Below, piece by piece: positions 36,564 through 47,670 of a DNA stretch of 64,000 nucleotides (positions within the stretch are counted from its first letter, which is position 1; each line of letters starts with the position of its first letter). The position numbers and the translations under genes were made by a program. Source of the stretch: a virus; IMG/VR virus record IMGVR_UViG_3300025840_003418, positions 1 through 64,000 of that record. One strand, written 5' to 3'. A model generated the notes under the pieces. It did no database searches. It was not told the origin of the DNA and was given only the letters and a program-made list of their open reading frames with translations.

Positions 36564-37371
36564 AGGAATTAACAGTAATACATATATTGATGTAGAACCA
36601 TATATAGATATGTCTACATTTGAAAAATTACAACCTGAAATAATTCGAGGATTTGCTGAAGCAAGATGGTTTGCAAAAGAAGGCACTTGGATGAAGCCGG
36701 GTTTTGAATTTAAAGATATGAGTTATATTCTCAATTGGAAACCTATATATGCTGCAATGGAAGAATTTCAAGCACTACCAGATGATGATCCTATAAAAGT
36801 AGAAGGTATGAAAATATGGCCTACTGACTTTAAGGATTATAAACAACGTAACCTAATAACTCGTTATTTAAAGATGGCAATGGAGGCATATGATCCTTAC
36901 ATATACTATTTTTTATATGAAGAAGGCGACTGGGATGATAGACCGGGTGAGAAAAAGAAAACAGAAGAGTCTGAATACTTTCCTAATGTAATGAAATGGC
37001 TAGAAGACTTTAAAACTAATGAGATATTTGAATCATTTGGTCGTGTTATGTTCTTTCATTGCGAAGCAGATGGATTGCCGTTTGAACATAGAGATTTAGG
37101 CGCCCATAATGGTATATGGCCTAAAGATAGGTACGAGCCACACAATAACGAATTTATACATATACGTCCAGATACAAGGAATCAGTTTTATATATGGGAT
37201 CCTGATAAAAAGATGAAACACGGTATAAACACTCGCGCTGCATTCTGGAATGATCAAGACTGGCACGGTGGTAACAGAGTGATGTCGCCAACTTATGGGT
37301 TGCGCATAGACGGTAAGTTTACAGAATCATTTAGAAAACAATTAGGTATAGATCATTTAGATAATTACTAG
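36556..37371 (+). CDS. Fe(II)/2OG oxygenase-like protein
   Basis: EHRD...WHGG...YGLRIDG. Confidence 0.55.
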   Translation: MIKGINSNTYIDVEPYIDMSTFEKLQPEIIRGFAEARWFAKEGTWMKPGFEFKDMSYILNWKPIYAAMEEFQALPDDDPIKVEGMKIWPTDFKDYKQRNLITRYLKMAMEAYDPYIYYFLYEEGDWDDRPGEKKKTEESEYFPNVMKWLEDFKTNEIFESFGRVMFFHCEADGLPFEHRDLGAHNGIWPKDRYEPHNNEFIHIRPDTRNQFYIWDPDKKMKHGINTRAAFWNDQDWHGGNRVMSPTYGLRIDGKFTESFRKQLGIDHLDNY

Positions 37372-37372
37372 T

Positions 37373-38992
37373 ATGTATGATATAATATTATTTGGAGATA
37401 TGCCTGACCTAGAAACTTATTCTAGGGCTAGTGGTTCGCATAGAATTGCTACAGAATTACGTGAGCATGGTTATTCTGTTCTAGTAATCGACTTTTCAAA
37501 TTATATAAATTACGACAGGTTTTGTGAAATACTCGATCTTGCAATGAATGAAGATACATTAGCTGTAGGATTTAGTAGTACATGGTTTCCGTTTATATTA
37601 CCAGACGGATCATCAAGCCATCGAGAACCAAGTAAGCCATCTATGCGATTTAATCCAAATAGTGAAAATGAATTAGACAGTTTAAGTATGGAGTTTGCAG
37701 GACCAAACGTCGACTTATACTTTAATAAGATAAAAAGTTTATCTCCTAAGTGTAAAATTATATTAGGCGGAGCTAAGGCGTTTATGTATATTAACATTCC
37801 TGGTATAGATAATGTTTTTATCGGACATGCCGAAACGATGATAGTTGATTATATGAAAGATCTTAAAAAAGGCAATGTTGGTTCATATCCTAAAATTATT
37901 GACTATGACAAGAAAGGACAATCGCCTAGTTGGGATTTTAGGAGTAGCAGGATAGATTACGAACCAGAAGCATTTATACTTCCAAGTGAAACATTGCTTT
38001 TAGAAGTAGGACGAGGTTGCAGATTTAATTGTAAATTTTGCAGTTTTCCGCTAATAGGACAAAAACGTGTAAGTGATTATTTAAAATTTGAAGAATGTTT
38101 ATACAATGAACTAATGGATAATTGGAAACGCTTTGGTACTTGGAAGTACACAATAGTAGATGACACGTTTAATGATAGTACTGAAAAATTACAAATGGTG
38201 AAGCGTGTTGTTGATCGTTTACCGTTTAAGCCTGCATTCTGGTGCTACATGAGATTAGACATTATAGTTAATAATAGAGATCATATTCAACTTGCAAAAG
38301 ATATAGGCATAAGAGAAGTCTACTTTGGCATAGAAACACTTAATAGAGAAGCAGGTAAAGTTATTGGTAAGGGGATGGATCCCAAACGCATTACTGATAC
38401 GTTAGAAGAGTGTGCTAGGGTATGGGGTCATGATACTTGGATAATGACTGGGATGATCTGCGGGTTGCCAAAAGATACTGTAGAAGCATTTGAGAATAGT
38501 TGTAAGTATTTTGATAGACCTGATAGACCGGTAGGACACATTAACACAACACCCCTACGTATAATAAAACATACCGAGTTTACAAAACATAGATTTAACG
38601 CTGCATTTGAACTAGAAGCAGAAAAATACGGCTATGAGTTTCCATACGAAGATGTACCGTGGCGCTGGATTAAAAATGACGGAACTGATATTGATACATT
38701 TGAGAAGGCAACTGACCTTGCAGTTAAGTGGCAAAAGCGATTAGACTCTCATATAGATTTTAAACGAAATTTCTTTTATATAAGTTGTATAGACAATGAT
38801 CATTTTGATTTTAATAAACTAATGAGTTTTAAAACTGGACGCGAATATTACGAATACATGTCTGGTGTAGACGAACAACAACTTATGAAGGAACAGATTG
38901 AAGAAAAATATTTCAAGCCGCTAATTAAATTCTTGCACAAAAAATTAGTATCACTTCCTACCAGTAAGCGTGAAGATAAATTTTGTTTCTAG
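37373..38992 (+). CDS. B12-binding-domain (class B-like) radical SAM enzyme
   Basis: N-terminal Rossmann-like domain (IILGG, FIGHAE), RGCRFNCKFC, DDTF, FGIET, GLP. Confidence 0.85.
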   Translation: MYDIILFGDMPDLETYSRASGSHRIATELREHGYSVLVIDFSNYINYDRFCEILDLAMNEDTLAVGFSSTWFPFILPDGSSSHREPSKPSMRFNPNSENELDSLSMEFAGPNVDLYFNKIKSLSPKCKIILGGAKAFMYINIPGIDNVFIGHAETMIVDYMKDLKKGNVGSYPKIIDYDKKGQSPSWDFRSSRIDYEPEAFILPSETLLLEVGRGCRFNCKFCSFPLIGQKRVSDYLKFEECLYNELMDNWKRFGTWKYTIVDDTFNDSTEKLQMVKRVVDRLPFKPAFWCYMRLDIIVNNRDHIQLAKDIGIREVYFGIETLNREAGKVIGKGMDPKRITDTLEECARVWGHDTWIMTGMICGLPKDTVEAFENSCKYFDRPDRPVGHINTTPLRIIKHTEFTKHRFNAAFELEAEKYGYEFPYEDVPWRWIKNDGTDIDTFEKATDLAVKWQKRLDSHIDFKRNFFYISCIDNDHFDFNKLMSFKTGREYYEYMSGVDEQQLMKEQIEEKYFKPLIKFLHKKLVSLPTSKREDKFCF

Positions 38993-39529
38993 TCCTGCAT
39001 TAAATCCAGCATGCCAATTTTTTATATGCGGAAATTCATATAAATTACCCTGTTTTTCCATATAAAAGCACTCATCTTCAATTACAAAGCCTACAGCAGG
39101 TTGCGGTTTTGAGATAAACATTACAAATCTACGCATATCAACACCTTCGTCTTCCATTTCTCTATAATAATTATTAAAGATATCTGTGTGCCAAGGTGCA
39201 CAATATCCAGGATCAACACTACTTATAAAACTTCCTAAATGTTCAACACCTGCTGCTTCTGCAACTTGTAAAGAAATGCTTTTAGGAAACTGTTGATCAG
39301 GATAATAATGTTTAAACCTACATTGTCCGTTACCTAAGTATCCTGCCTTTTCCATTAAATTTACTTGATGTATATACTCCTCATGATAATGTTTACCTTC
39401 TTCGATGGGCTTTGGCCCGTATTGCTCATGTCCACCGGCTTTAACGCAAGTGTCTATAAGCGCATCTAGATCTATTCTATCTGCTAAGTTATCGATAAAA
39501 AGTTTCATTCTGTCTCCATTCCTAAACAA
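38951..39529 (-). CDS. Fe(II)/2OG oxygenase-like protein
   Basis: PGYCAPWHTD...WHAGFNAG. Confidence 0.7.
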   Translation of the reverse strand: MFRNGDRMKLFIDNLADRIDLDALIDTCVKAGGHEQYGPKPIEEGKHYHEEYIHQVNLMEKAGYLGNGQCRFKHYYPDQQFPKSISLQVAEAAGVEHLGSFISSVDPGYCAPWHTDIFNNYYREMEDEGVDMRRFVMFISKPQPAVGFVIEDECFYMEKQGNLYEFPHIKNWHAGFNAGLETKFIFTLTGRK

Positions 39530-40182
39530 GTACCTAAGTTATTTTTAATTATAGTAGAAAGTAGTTGCCCGCACTTGAATACGGGTAATCCATTCTCTAA
39601 TCTAAAATCGCTTATTTGATATTGTTTATTTGCTTTATTTAAAACAGGACTTAAATTTTTATCAAATTCGTATCGAACTTCGTCTAAATCTTTTATTAAA
39701 GGAACAATTCTTATTGTTTTAGTTTCAGTTATATTAACTTTATTTAATAATTTTCTTACAACTAACTGGTGCCTGTATCTATTACCAAAATTAGCTGCTG
39801 AGTGTATAACACCTGTATCCATTAAATACCACTTGCCGTCTTTTACACATTTATGCATAGTTTCATTACTAATGTCAATTAAATAACAATCTATTCCGCT
39901 AAGATTTAGATGCCATCTATCATCAATATCACTATGACCAACATAGTTACTCTTACTTTCCATTGTAATAATTCTTGCTTCACCGTGTGGTTCTCTAAGC
40001 GTACTTAATATCCAATCCCACACTGTTCCTTTGTACTTAGGAGATATTTCCCAAGGATCATAGAAAAAATCACCAGTAGGGTTGTTTAATGTATGTTTAC
40101 CTGTATTAAAATCTGTAGTGTCGAGTGCTTGATCGATAAATTTTGTATCAACACTATATTGTGTATCTTTTATCATAAACAT
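39505..40182 (-). CDS. Fe(II)/2OG oxygenase-like protein
   Basis: GHSDIDDRWHL...HSAANFG..R. The real start is probably 40176. Confidence 0.7.
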   Translation of the reverse strand: MFMIKDTQYSVDTKFIDQALDTTDFNTGKHTLNNPTGDFFYDPWEISPKYKGTVWDWILSTLREPHGEARIITMESKSNYVGHSDIDDRWHLNLSGIDCYLIDISNETMHKCVKDGKWYLMDTGVIHSAANFGNRYRHQLVVRKLLNKVNITETKTIRIVPLIKDLDEVRYEFDKNLSPVLNKANKQYQISDFRLENGLPVFKCGQLLSTIIKNNLGTCLGMETE

Positions 40183-40214
40183 ATTTATATGTCTCTAATT
40201 TAAGTAAATAAAAT

Positions 40215-40886
40215 ATGGATGTTAGCAAAAACTGGAAACGTATAGGAATAAGTTTAAGTGGCGGTGCCGATAGTGCGTTATTATCATATCTTATATTATC
40301 ACAAACTAATGCAGAAATATACTTTACTACACAAATACGTTGTTGGAAAACTCGACCATGGCAAAGGTATATTGCTATCGAAGTTGTGGAATGGTTCCGA
40401 CAAAGGTTTAAAAATCCTATAGAACATATAGAAAATTTTATTCCTCCAGAAATGGAAGAACCTAATACAACATTTATTACCGACGAATACGGAGCACTTA
40501 AACCTGGAAATAGAATAATATTACGAGCTCATAACGAATGGGTGGCACATACTTATAATTTAGATGCATGGTATGCTGCTGTTAACAAAAATCCAGATAT
40601 AGATATACCCGGCGCACTTCCTGAACGTAACGAAGGAGTTTTACCATTACATATGAAGCATATGGGGGTTGACATTTTACATCCTTTCGTGTATACTAGT
40701 AAAGACTGGATTATAAAACAATACTACGAACATAATATTAAGGACTTACTAAACTTAACTAGAAGTTGCGAAGGTGAGTTTGACGAAATAGATTATTTAA
40801 CATATACACCAGGCCAGTCTGTTCCAATATGTAATGAATGTTTTTGGTGTAAAGAGAGAGAATGGGCTATTGATCAAATCAAATAG
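40215..40886 (+). CDS. PP-loop adenylation enzyme, QueC-like
   Basis: SLSGGADS, PF...K..I, TRSC...CNECFWCKER. Confidence 0.7.
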   Translation: MDVSKNWKRIGISLSGGADSALLSYLILSQTNAEIYFTTQIRCWKTRPWQRYIAIEVVEWFRQRFKNPIEHIENFIPPEMEEPNTTFITDEYGALKPGNRIILRAHNEWVAHTYNLDAWYAAVNKNPDIDIPGALPERNEGVLPLHMKHMGVDILHPFVYTSKDWIIKQYYEHNIKDLLNLTRSCEGEFDEIDYLTYTPGQSVPICNECFWCKEREWAIDQIK

Positions 40887-42138
40887 TTGTACATTTTGTA
40901 TGCACCCTTTTACAGGTTTAGCAACACGAGAAGACGGTGCTATAAAAGTGTGCTGCCGTAGCCAGCCGATCGGTTATATCCAAAACGAATCTTTAGAAGA
41001 TGCATGGAATAATAAATCCATGCAAGAAGTTCGCCAGCAAGTGTTAAACAACGAACGACCTGATGTTTGCAAGCCGTGTTTTGATTTAGAAGATCAGGGT
41101 GTAGAGAGCTTACGACAGCGTCATATAGCGGGAGTAATACCCGAAGCACGTATAAACTTATATCCAGATGCGTTAGATGCACTACAAGACGATTTTACAA
41201 TGCCGTTTGAACTTCCTACTATGGAAATTAAACTAAACAATCTATGTAATTTAAAATGTCGAATGTGTAACCCACTTGATTCAACTAGTTGGAAAGACTG
41301 GAATGAAGTAAAGCCTTTTTACGAAAAAGAAAACAATATCTTAATTCCAATTATCGACAAACTTACTGACACTCCGGGCAAATATATTGGCCCGTTTGAT
41401 AACTCAGACAACTGGTGGTCATCATTTGAGAAATTACTACCACACTTTAGACGTGTAGAATTTGCAGGTGGTGAGCCGTTAATGGATCCGTACCACTATA
41501 AGATACTAGACAGACTTGCAGAGTATGGAGACAACATTGAACTAAAATATGCTACTAACGGCACTACGCTAGGCATAAAAGGCGGACGTACTATACACGA
41601 CTATTGGCCTAAGTTTCGTAGCATTGCTGTAAATGTAAGCATAGACGGTATACACGACACATATGAATATATTAGAGGTAATGGTGATTTTACAGAAGTT
41701 GAAGAAAATGTAAAAGTGTTTAAAAGCTTTCCTAATGTAAATAGAGTAGTAGGTGCGTTTACTGTACAAGCAAATAATATTATGCAAATTGACAAAGTAA
41801 TAGATTACTTTTTAAACGAAATGGGCATTGTGTTTTATTCGCATAGAGTAAACTATCCACGCCCATTAAGCGCACAAACATTGCCTAATGCATTAAAGGA
41901 GAAAGTAATTGAAAACTTACAAACCATACAAGAGACCTTCCGTGATTATCCGATTGTACGAGATCATCCTGTGCTTATACCTATTACTGAGAGGCAAGTG
42001 GCCGACAACATTAATTTTTTAAAAGCAAGAGATCTAAGTGAGTATTGGCAAGATTGTATAAATTTTAATCGTGCTTTAGACAAGACTCGCAATCAAAGTT
42101 TTTTAGATTCTAACCCTGAGTTTGCTCCTTATGTATAA
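40870..42138 (+). CDS. Radical SAM protein with an N-terminal twitch/SPASM-like domain
   Basis: FCMHPF...VCC...CKPC, CNLKCRMC, AGGEP, TNG, SIDG. Confidence 0.9.
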   Translation: MIKSNSCTFCMHPFTGLATREDGAIKVCCRSQPIGYIQNESLEDAWNNKSMQEVRQQVLNNERPDVCKPCFDLEDQGVESLRQRHIAGVIPEARINLYPDALDALQDDFTMPFELPTMEIKLNNLCNLKCRMCNPLDSTSWKDWNEVKPFYEKENNILIPIIDKLTDTPGKYIGPFDNSDNWWSSFEKLLPHFRRVEFAGGEPLMDPYHYKILDRLAEYGDNIELKYATNGTTLGIKGGRTIHDYWPKFRSIAVNVSIDGIHDTYEYIRGNGDFTEVEENVKVFKSFPNVNRVVGAFTVQANNIMQIDKVIDYFLNEMGIVFYSHRVNYPRPLSAQTLPNALKEKVIENLQTIQETFRDYPIVRDHPVLIPITERQVADNINFLKARDLSEYWQDCINFNRALDKTRNQSFLDSNPEFAPYV

Positions 42139-43018
42139 AGTAACTAGTAGGTGGCCGCATCAAGACTCTGTTAAAATTGAATGGAACCTCGGAAAGCGTT
42201 GTAATTTAGACTGTGCGTATTGTCCTCCTGAGATACACGACATGACATCTCCACACACTAATATAGATACATTAAAAAATACAGTTGACATATTAGAAGA
42301 ATTTGATAAACCTGTGAGAATTAGTTTTACAGGCGGAGAACCAACAGTACATCCTCACTTCGAAGAATTAGTTAAACATACAAAATCAAAACTAAGTTGG
42401 GTCAATATAACAACTAACGGATTACGAAAACCTGTATGGTATGCAGAAGCACCAGTTGATCATTATGTTTTTAGTTTACACTTTGACAACGAAAGTTGGA
42501 CAAGAGCATTAGGCAACATACTTTGGTTTAATCAGCAGAATACACAGAAGATACCCTTTCATGTAAATGTAATGGCTCATCATGACCATATGAAAAGAGT
42601 AAAAGAAGCAACAGCACGGTTAGTAGGGTATGGTATTCCGTTTGCATTACGTAGAATTAGATGGACAGAGAAGCATGACTGGTTTGACGATATGCGATAT
42701 GATGCACAGGACTTAGAATGGCTGTTAAGTGTAAATGCAACTGCAAAACCAAATTGTGTTGTTGACGAAGAAGAACTAGCACATGCTAATGACATAATTA
42801 AAACAAAACGTAATCAATTTGAGGGATGGAAGTGTGCTGCTGGCATTGAAAGTTTAATGATAAATTGGGACGGTGAAGTACATAGAGCAACTTGTCGAGT
42901 AGGAGGTAGTTTAGGTAACATTTACAACGGTAGTTTTACACGCCCTACCGAGTATATAGACTGCACACGTAAATTTTGTACTTGTGCTGCTGATATTCCT
43001 TTAACAAAATTTAAATAA
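42131..43018 (+). CDS. Radical SAM/SPASM protein
   Basis: CNLDCAYC, TGGEP, TNG; C-terminal CAAG...C...CTRKFCTCAAD. Confidence 0.9.
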   Translation: MYKVTSRWPHQDSVKIEWNLGKRCNLDCAYCPPEIHDMTSPHTNIDTLKNTVDILEEFDKPVRISFTGGEPTVHPHFEELVKHTKSKLSWVNITTNGLRKPVWYAEAPVDHYVFSLHFDNESWTRALGNILWFNQQNTQKIPFHVNVMAHHDHMKRVKEATARLVGYGIPFALRRIRWTEKHDWFDDMRYDAQDLEWLLSVNATAKPNCVVDEEELAHANDIIKTKRNQFEGWKCAAGIESLMINWDGEVHRATCRVGGSLGNIYNGSFTRPTEYIDCTRKFCTCAADIPLTKFK

Positions 43019-43925
43019 ACTTAGTAATATGTGTATCAGGTTGACAATCACAGCAGTCTAGCGGGCAAATAATAGAGTCTAGTTTATCAAAGTTTACTCC
43101 ACAACTTCCTTTTATATTAAGTCCTGCGTCGACACTTATCCGTTCAACAGGCATATTACAGTTCCAACCTTTAAAATAATTTTGTTTGTTTGCTATATAG
43201 GTATTATTATATGCAGGAAAAGATTTGTCATCATAAAATCCTAAACTTTCTACTGTCCTGTATTCGCTTATATCCTTTTCAAAAAATACAAATCTTTTAG
43301 TAGAACGTTTTATGTATTCTAGTTGTTCATTAGTATAACTATCTATATCATGTCCAGGCGCAGCAACTACTTCTTTGGCTAAAATTTTCCATTGTTCTTT
43401 ACTATGTTGCATCTTATCAATATAACTAACACAGAGATCCCAACGTTTTGCATCCATAAGCATCATTGCCGTAACTTCAGTGCCTTTTTGTGTAAGTACG
43501 TCTGCAACATTAATAAAATGATCTATATCAACGTCTTCAGAATGACAACTTAAATGTACCTTATCTAAATATTTTGCATTATTACTCCACCACTTTAAAG
43601 TTCTACTACCATTTGTTACTAGTTGAATTTTTACATTTTCTAATAATGTAATTTGAGAACAAAATTGATCAAGTATAGGCCAAAGTGTAGGTTCACCTCC
43701 GCCTGCTATAGTAATATTAAATTTATCTTTACCTATCGAAGAATAATCTGCAAATAACTTTTTAAATTTGTTTAATACAATATCTAAATTTTTTTCAAAT
43801 CTATATATGCCATCCTTACTACCCGGAAAGCAATATGAACAATTAAAGTTACAAATATCAGTTGGCCAGAATGTGATATCTAATTCGTTGTAAGGTCGTG
43901 TTGTTATAATTTTTGTTAACTTCAT
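43011..43925 (-). CDS. Radical SAM/SPASM protein
   Basis: CNFNCSYC, GGGEPT, TNG; C-terminal C...CPLDCCDC. Confidence 0.9.
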   Translation of the reverse strand: MKLTKIITTRPYNELDITFWPTDICNFNCSYCFPGSKDGIYRFEKNLDIVLNKFKKLFADYSSIGKDKFNITIAGGGEPTLWPILDQFCSQITLLENVKIQLVTNGSRTLKWWSNNAKYLDKVHLSCHSEDVDIDHFINVADVLTQKGTEVTAMMLMDAKRWDLCVSYIDKMQHSKEQWKILAKEVVAAPGHDIDSYTNEQLEYIKRSTKRFVFFEKDISEYRTVESLGFYDDKSFPAYNNTYIANKQNYFKGWNCNMPVERISVDAGLNIKGSCGVNFDKLDSIICPLDCCDCQPDTHITKFI

Positions 43926-45304
43926 AACAAGTGTGCCAGTTCAGGAAATACAGAAGCGGCGTTTAGATTTCTTATTTTATCTAATTTAGTTACATATTCT
44001 TTAAAACCGCTAAGCCTATAACTATTATCAACCGAATCCATATGTTCTAGTAATGCTTCCCAGCGTCTCCAACCATAAGGATTAACATTCCAATAATCGT
44101 CATCTTGAGTATAGTTATTCCAAAGCCACTCTTTAAAATCTGCAAATCTACGGTGTACATCTTCTTTATCTTCTTTTGGAAGTATTGTAATATTTAAAAA
44201 TGTAGGTATATGTACCAAGTGCATATTTACTAAACCGCCGCCCATAAGAACTCCACCAACTAAACCAACATTCATTTTTTTAAAATTTTGATTAACTTTC
44301 CATTTTATAAAATCTGGTAGATGTTTAATGTTAAAAATTTGTACTGCGGTTGCCATACTAACATGTATATTATCAGGTGTTGAATCTAATAAATGTAGTG
44401 TACGACTTACTTCGTCAAATTTAGTTGGATATCTTATATAATCATCTCGCTGTTCTATTGCATCAACACTTACTGCAAACTTTACTTTTCTAAATTTACT
44501 CCACAGATCAATAAGTTCATTATCTACTAATAATCCATTAGAGTTATATCTTAGCAATATACTAGATTGATAGCCTTGGCGGATAATTTCTTTAATAAAC
44601 ATTTTATGTTCTTTTATCATTAAAGGCTCGCCGCCTGCAAAATATACTTGTTTTAAATTAGGAATTTGTTTATATAACTCTCCCCAAAATGTGTCCTTTT
44701 CATGCCACTTATTATTAAATTCTTTTTTCTCCCAGCCCATTTGTTGTTTTACTTCAGGATTTTCTAACTGGGGATACAGCAGCTTCCAATCTTGTACCCA
44801 TTTAGAACTATCGTGCGGACTGCACATTACACATTTAATGTTACAAGTATGACCAAGCCTTAAATCTAAATATTGCAATTGTTCAGGAACAGTGCCGTCT
44901 TCTTCAGTTTGTTTAATAAGATCTGGTATATCTATACCTTCGTCTTTATACCACGTTCCAGTTTCCCATATACGTTTACTAACAATTCCTTGTTCTTCTT
45001 CTTTATAACATCCCATACAACTTGCTGGTTTATTTCCGTTAAGCATATCTAATCTTACATTACGCATATATTGATTGTTCCACGCTTCCATAGGAGTAGT
45101 CTTAGCAAAGTTTGCAGGACGACCGTCGTCTCCTTTTATTAAACCAACTTCATGGTCTTCGCCTGCTCCACTAGCATTTGCTGTACAACATAATCGCATA
45201 TCACCATTTGGTCGAGTTGCTAAGTGTATCCAAGGAAGAACACAAAACGTATCACTACCACTTACTTTTTTAATTTCAGTTTGGTAAGATTTAATTTTAT
45301 CCAT
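43922..45304 (-). CDS. Radical SAM protein with an N-terminal twitch/SPASM-like domain
   Basis: FCVLPW...RLCC...CMGC, CNIKCVMC, AGGEP. Confidence 0.9.
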   Translation of the reverse strand: MDKIKSYQTEIKKVSGSDTFCVLPWIHLATRPNGDMRLCCTANASGAGEDHEVGLIKGDDGRPANFAKTTPMEAWNNQYMRNVRLDMLNGNKPASCMGCYKEEEQGIVSKRIWETGTWYKDEGIDIPDLIKQTEEDGTVPEQLQYLDLRLGHTCNIKCVMCSPHDSSKWVQDWKLLYPQLENPEVKQQMGWEKKEFNNKWHEKDTFWGELYKQIPNLKQVYFAGGEPLMIKEHKMFIKEIIRQGYQSSILLRYNSNGLLVDNELIDLWSKFRKVKFAVSVDAIEQRDDYIRYPTKFDEVSRTLHLLDSTPDNIHVSMATAVQIFNIKHLPDFIKWKVNQNFKKMNVGLVGGVLMGGGLVNMHLVHIPTFLNITILPKEDKEDVHRRFADFKEWLWNNYTQDDDYWNVNPYGWRRWEALLEHMDSVDNSYRLSGFKEYVTKLDKIRNLNAASVFPELAHLL

Positions 45305-46379
45305 TTATAGTTTCCGTAGTAACAATCTGCTCATAAGGTTTTGATATTTCTTTAATTGTGCCACAACTTCTTGCACAGGTAATCATTTTTTGTTTAAACC
45401 AGTATTTGTTCCAAACTGTATGCCATAACTTTGCATTTACAATATCTTCGATAGATTTTTGTAAAGAATTAATATTATCATATCCGCCAAGATCTGTAAT
45501 ATATTCTTCGTGCTGTGTTCTTATATCTATTCGAGCCTGAGTTGTCTCATCTTTTGGTATATTTGTAAACGGCACACTTGCAAGATAACAACAAGGATAT
45601 ACTATCCTATTAGCATCAATATATATTTCCTTCGTGTGTAAAACATAACAATTTATCTCACTATTATTAACTATTTCTTTATAGTTTTTAATAACATCGT
45701 TACTTATAAAAGACATCTTGTTATCACTAGGAGGTTCTATATAATGTGTAGTAGTTGCATTTGAATCTAAAACAGCATATTTTGGTTCACCGATAAATCG
45801 ACTACTATTCTTTACTGAAAAATGTTTAAATTTCATTTCTTTTGCTAATTTTTCTGCTTCTCCTACTTGGTGCTCGTTATGTTTAAATTTAATAAAACAC
45901 CATTCAGCAGTTCCTCCTGCATTAATAAATGCCCGAGCATTTGAAATAATTTTTTCAAAACTAGTACCGATCCTATATAATGAATGTGTATCGGCTAAAC
46001 CATCCAGTGCAAAAACTACTCTACTATCTTTGGGTAATGTTTGGGCTAACAATTCCCACCACTGTGTAGTACGTGCGCTACCATTTGTATGTATAGCGAT
46101 GTTTATTTCAGGTTTATACTCTACTGCATATTTGCACATATCTATTAAATCATTATTAATAATAGGATCGCCAAAATTTCCACAGAAATAAAAACCAGTG
46201 ATTTTATCTAAAACACTGTGAGATAAAATTTTCTTAAAATCAGATACTGTCCAATCATTATTCTTTATTAAAGGATTATCTAAACCGCCTCTAATATTTC
46301 TATTACACATAGGACAGCTTGCTTGACAGCGATTTGTAATTTCAAGATGGATTTGTGTTAGCTCGTTAAAATGGAACAT
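45297..46379 (-). CDS. Radical SAM/SPASM protein
   Basis: CQASCPMC, GNFGDP, TNG, YPCC...CARSC. Confidence 0.9.
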   Translation of the reverse strand: MFHFNELTQIHLEITNRCQASCPMCNRNIRGGLDNPLIKNNDWTVSDFKKILSHSVLDKITGFYFCGNFGDPIINNDLIDMCKYAVEYKPEINIAIHTNGSARTTQWWELLAQTLPKDSRVVFALDGLADTHSLYRIGTSFEKIISNARAFINAGGTAEWCFIKFKHNEHQVGEAEKLAKEMKFKHFSVKNSSRFIGEPKYAVLDSNATTTHYIEPPSDNKMSFISNDVIKNYKEIVNNSEINCYVLHTKEIYIDANRIVYPCCYLASVPFTNIPKDETTQARIDIRTQHEEYITDLGGYDNINSLQKSIEDIVNAKLWHTVWNKYWFKQKMITCARSCGTIKEISKPYEQIVTTETING

Positions 46380-46386
46380 TATAGAA

Positions 46387-46402
46387 TATTTATGACTAAA
46401 TA
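46387..46402. promoter_or_regulatory. Back-to-back late promoters
   Basis: TATTTA-N4-TAAATA between divergent genes. The same geometry occurs at 61096-61111. Confidence 0.65.
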
Positions 46403-46421
46403 ACTGTATAGGAGAACCAAG

Positions 46422-47081
46422 ATGGACATAAGAAAAAATTTAAGCAAAGCTATAATTCGCAGCCAACACTGTCAGCGTAATTGGGATTTAGATAAAGTAA
46501 TACCTCAAGAAGATTTAGACATACTTAAAACAAGCTTAACACAAGCTCCTAGTTTACAAAATGTGGCATTCTATAAGGTTCACTTTATACAAGATAGAGA
46601 GACTATCGAAAAAGTACACGCAGCAACACACGGTGCACCGTACGCTATTGCAGAAGATGGTACTAAAATAGTTGATCCGCATCCACGAGACGAAGACAAA
46701 TATCACGAAATGGGAGATGCTACACAAAGTCAAACATTAGCAAATCTTGTTGTAGTTTTTGAAGACTATTATAAAGTAGAATCACACTTTAAAGAAAAAA
46801 GAATTGCTGACGAACCGAAAGATTTTGATAAAAATGTAGCTTTAGGTATAGTTTCTGGTTATTTAAATTTAACTGCTCAGATGTTAGGTTATGCAACTGG
46901 TTGTTGTTTAAGTATGGATCATGTAAAAGTTAAAGAAGCACTAAATTTAGAGAATGATCCTTTATTGATAATGGGTGTAGGGTTTAAACAAGAAGGTGTA
47001 AGCCGCAGAAAACATCAAGTTGACGATGAAATTTTATATCCTACAAATAAAAGACAAGAAGTTCCAGTCGTAGAATATTAA
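46422..47081 (+). CDS. Nitroreductase-fold flavoprotein
   Basis: SQHCQRNWD, APS.QN, LTAQMLGYATGC, LIMGVG. Confidence 0.8.
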   Translation: MDIRKNLSKAIIRSQHCQRNWDLDKVIPQEDLDILKTSLTQAPSLQNVAFYKVHFIQDRETIEKVHAATHGAPYAIAEDGTKIVDPHPRDEDKYHEMGDATQSQTLANLVVVFEDYYKVESHFKEKRIADEPKDFDKNVALGIVSGYLNLTAQMLGYATGCCLSMDHVKVKEALNLENDPLLIMGVGFKQEGVSRRKHQVDDEILYPTNKRQEVPVVEY

Positions 47082-47641
47082 TGCCCTTACACTATGATAT
47101 AGATTTAAAAAATTTTATAGATATACAGGAACGTTTTAGCAAGTATATTAATAAAGATCTAATCGGGCAATCAATAACAGTATTTGATAAAACAGACAAT
47201 GATATCATCTGGTTACGAGAAAAAATTATAGATGATATCATCGATATATTCTCAGAAGATCCAAAAATTAAAATATGTGTGCTAGGTGGGTTAAGCGGAA
47301 ATGAAAGTTTACGAGTTCATATAGATGGACATAATCCTCCTACACCGGATCAACATTGGGCATTAAATATTCCTATATTTAATTGCCAAGATACAACAAT
47401 GTATTGGTATGATAGTAATTATGACATTGGATACGCAACTCCTACAAATAAACCAAATTTACCAGCAGATGATTCGCAACATTTAAGACCAATATGGATA
47501 GGTAATCCTAAAGTTATAGACGAGTGTTCTATAGATAAACCAAAAGTTGTAAAAGTAACTACACCACATAGTGTTACAAATTTTTCAAAACACCCTAGAT
47601 ACTTATTAAGTGTTCGATTTAACATAGAAACTAATTTATAA
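47081..47641 (+). CDS. Fe(II)/2OG oxygenase-like protein
   Basis: VHIDG, WALNIP, PHSV.N...R..LSVRF. Confidence 0.65.
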   Translation: MPLHYDIDLKNFIDIQERFSKYINKDLIGQSITVFDKTDNDIIWLREKIIDDIIDIFSEDPKIKICVLGGLSGNESLRVHIDGHNPPTPDQHWALNIPIFNCQDTTMYWYDSNYDIGYATPTNKPNLPADDSQHLRPIWIGNPKVIDECSIDKPKVVKVTTPHSVTNFSKHPRYLLSVRFNIETNL

Positions 47642-47670
47642 AACATAAGTATTTCCGTAGAGGAAATTAA

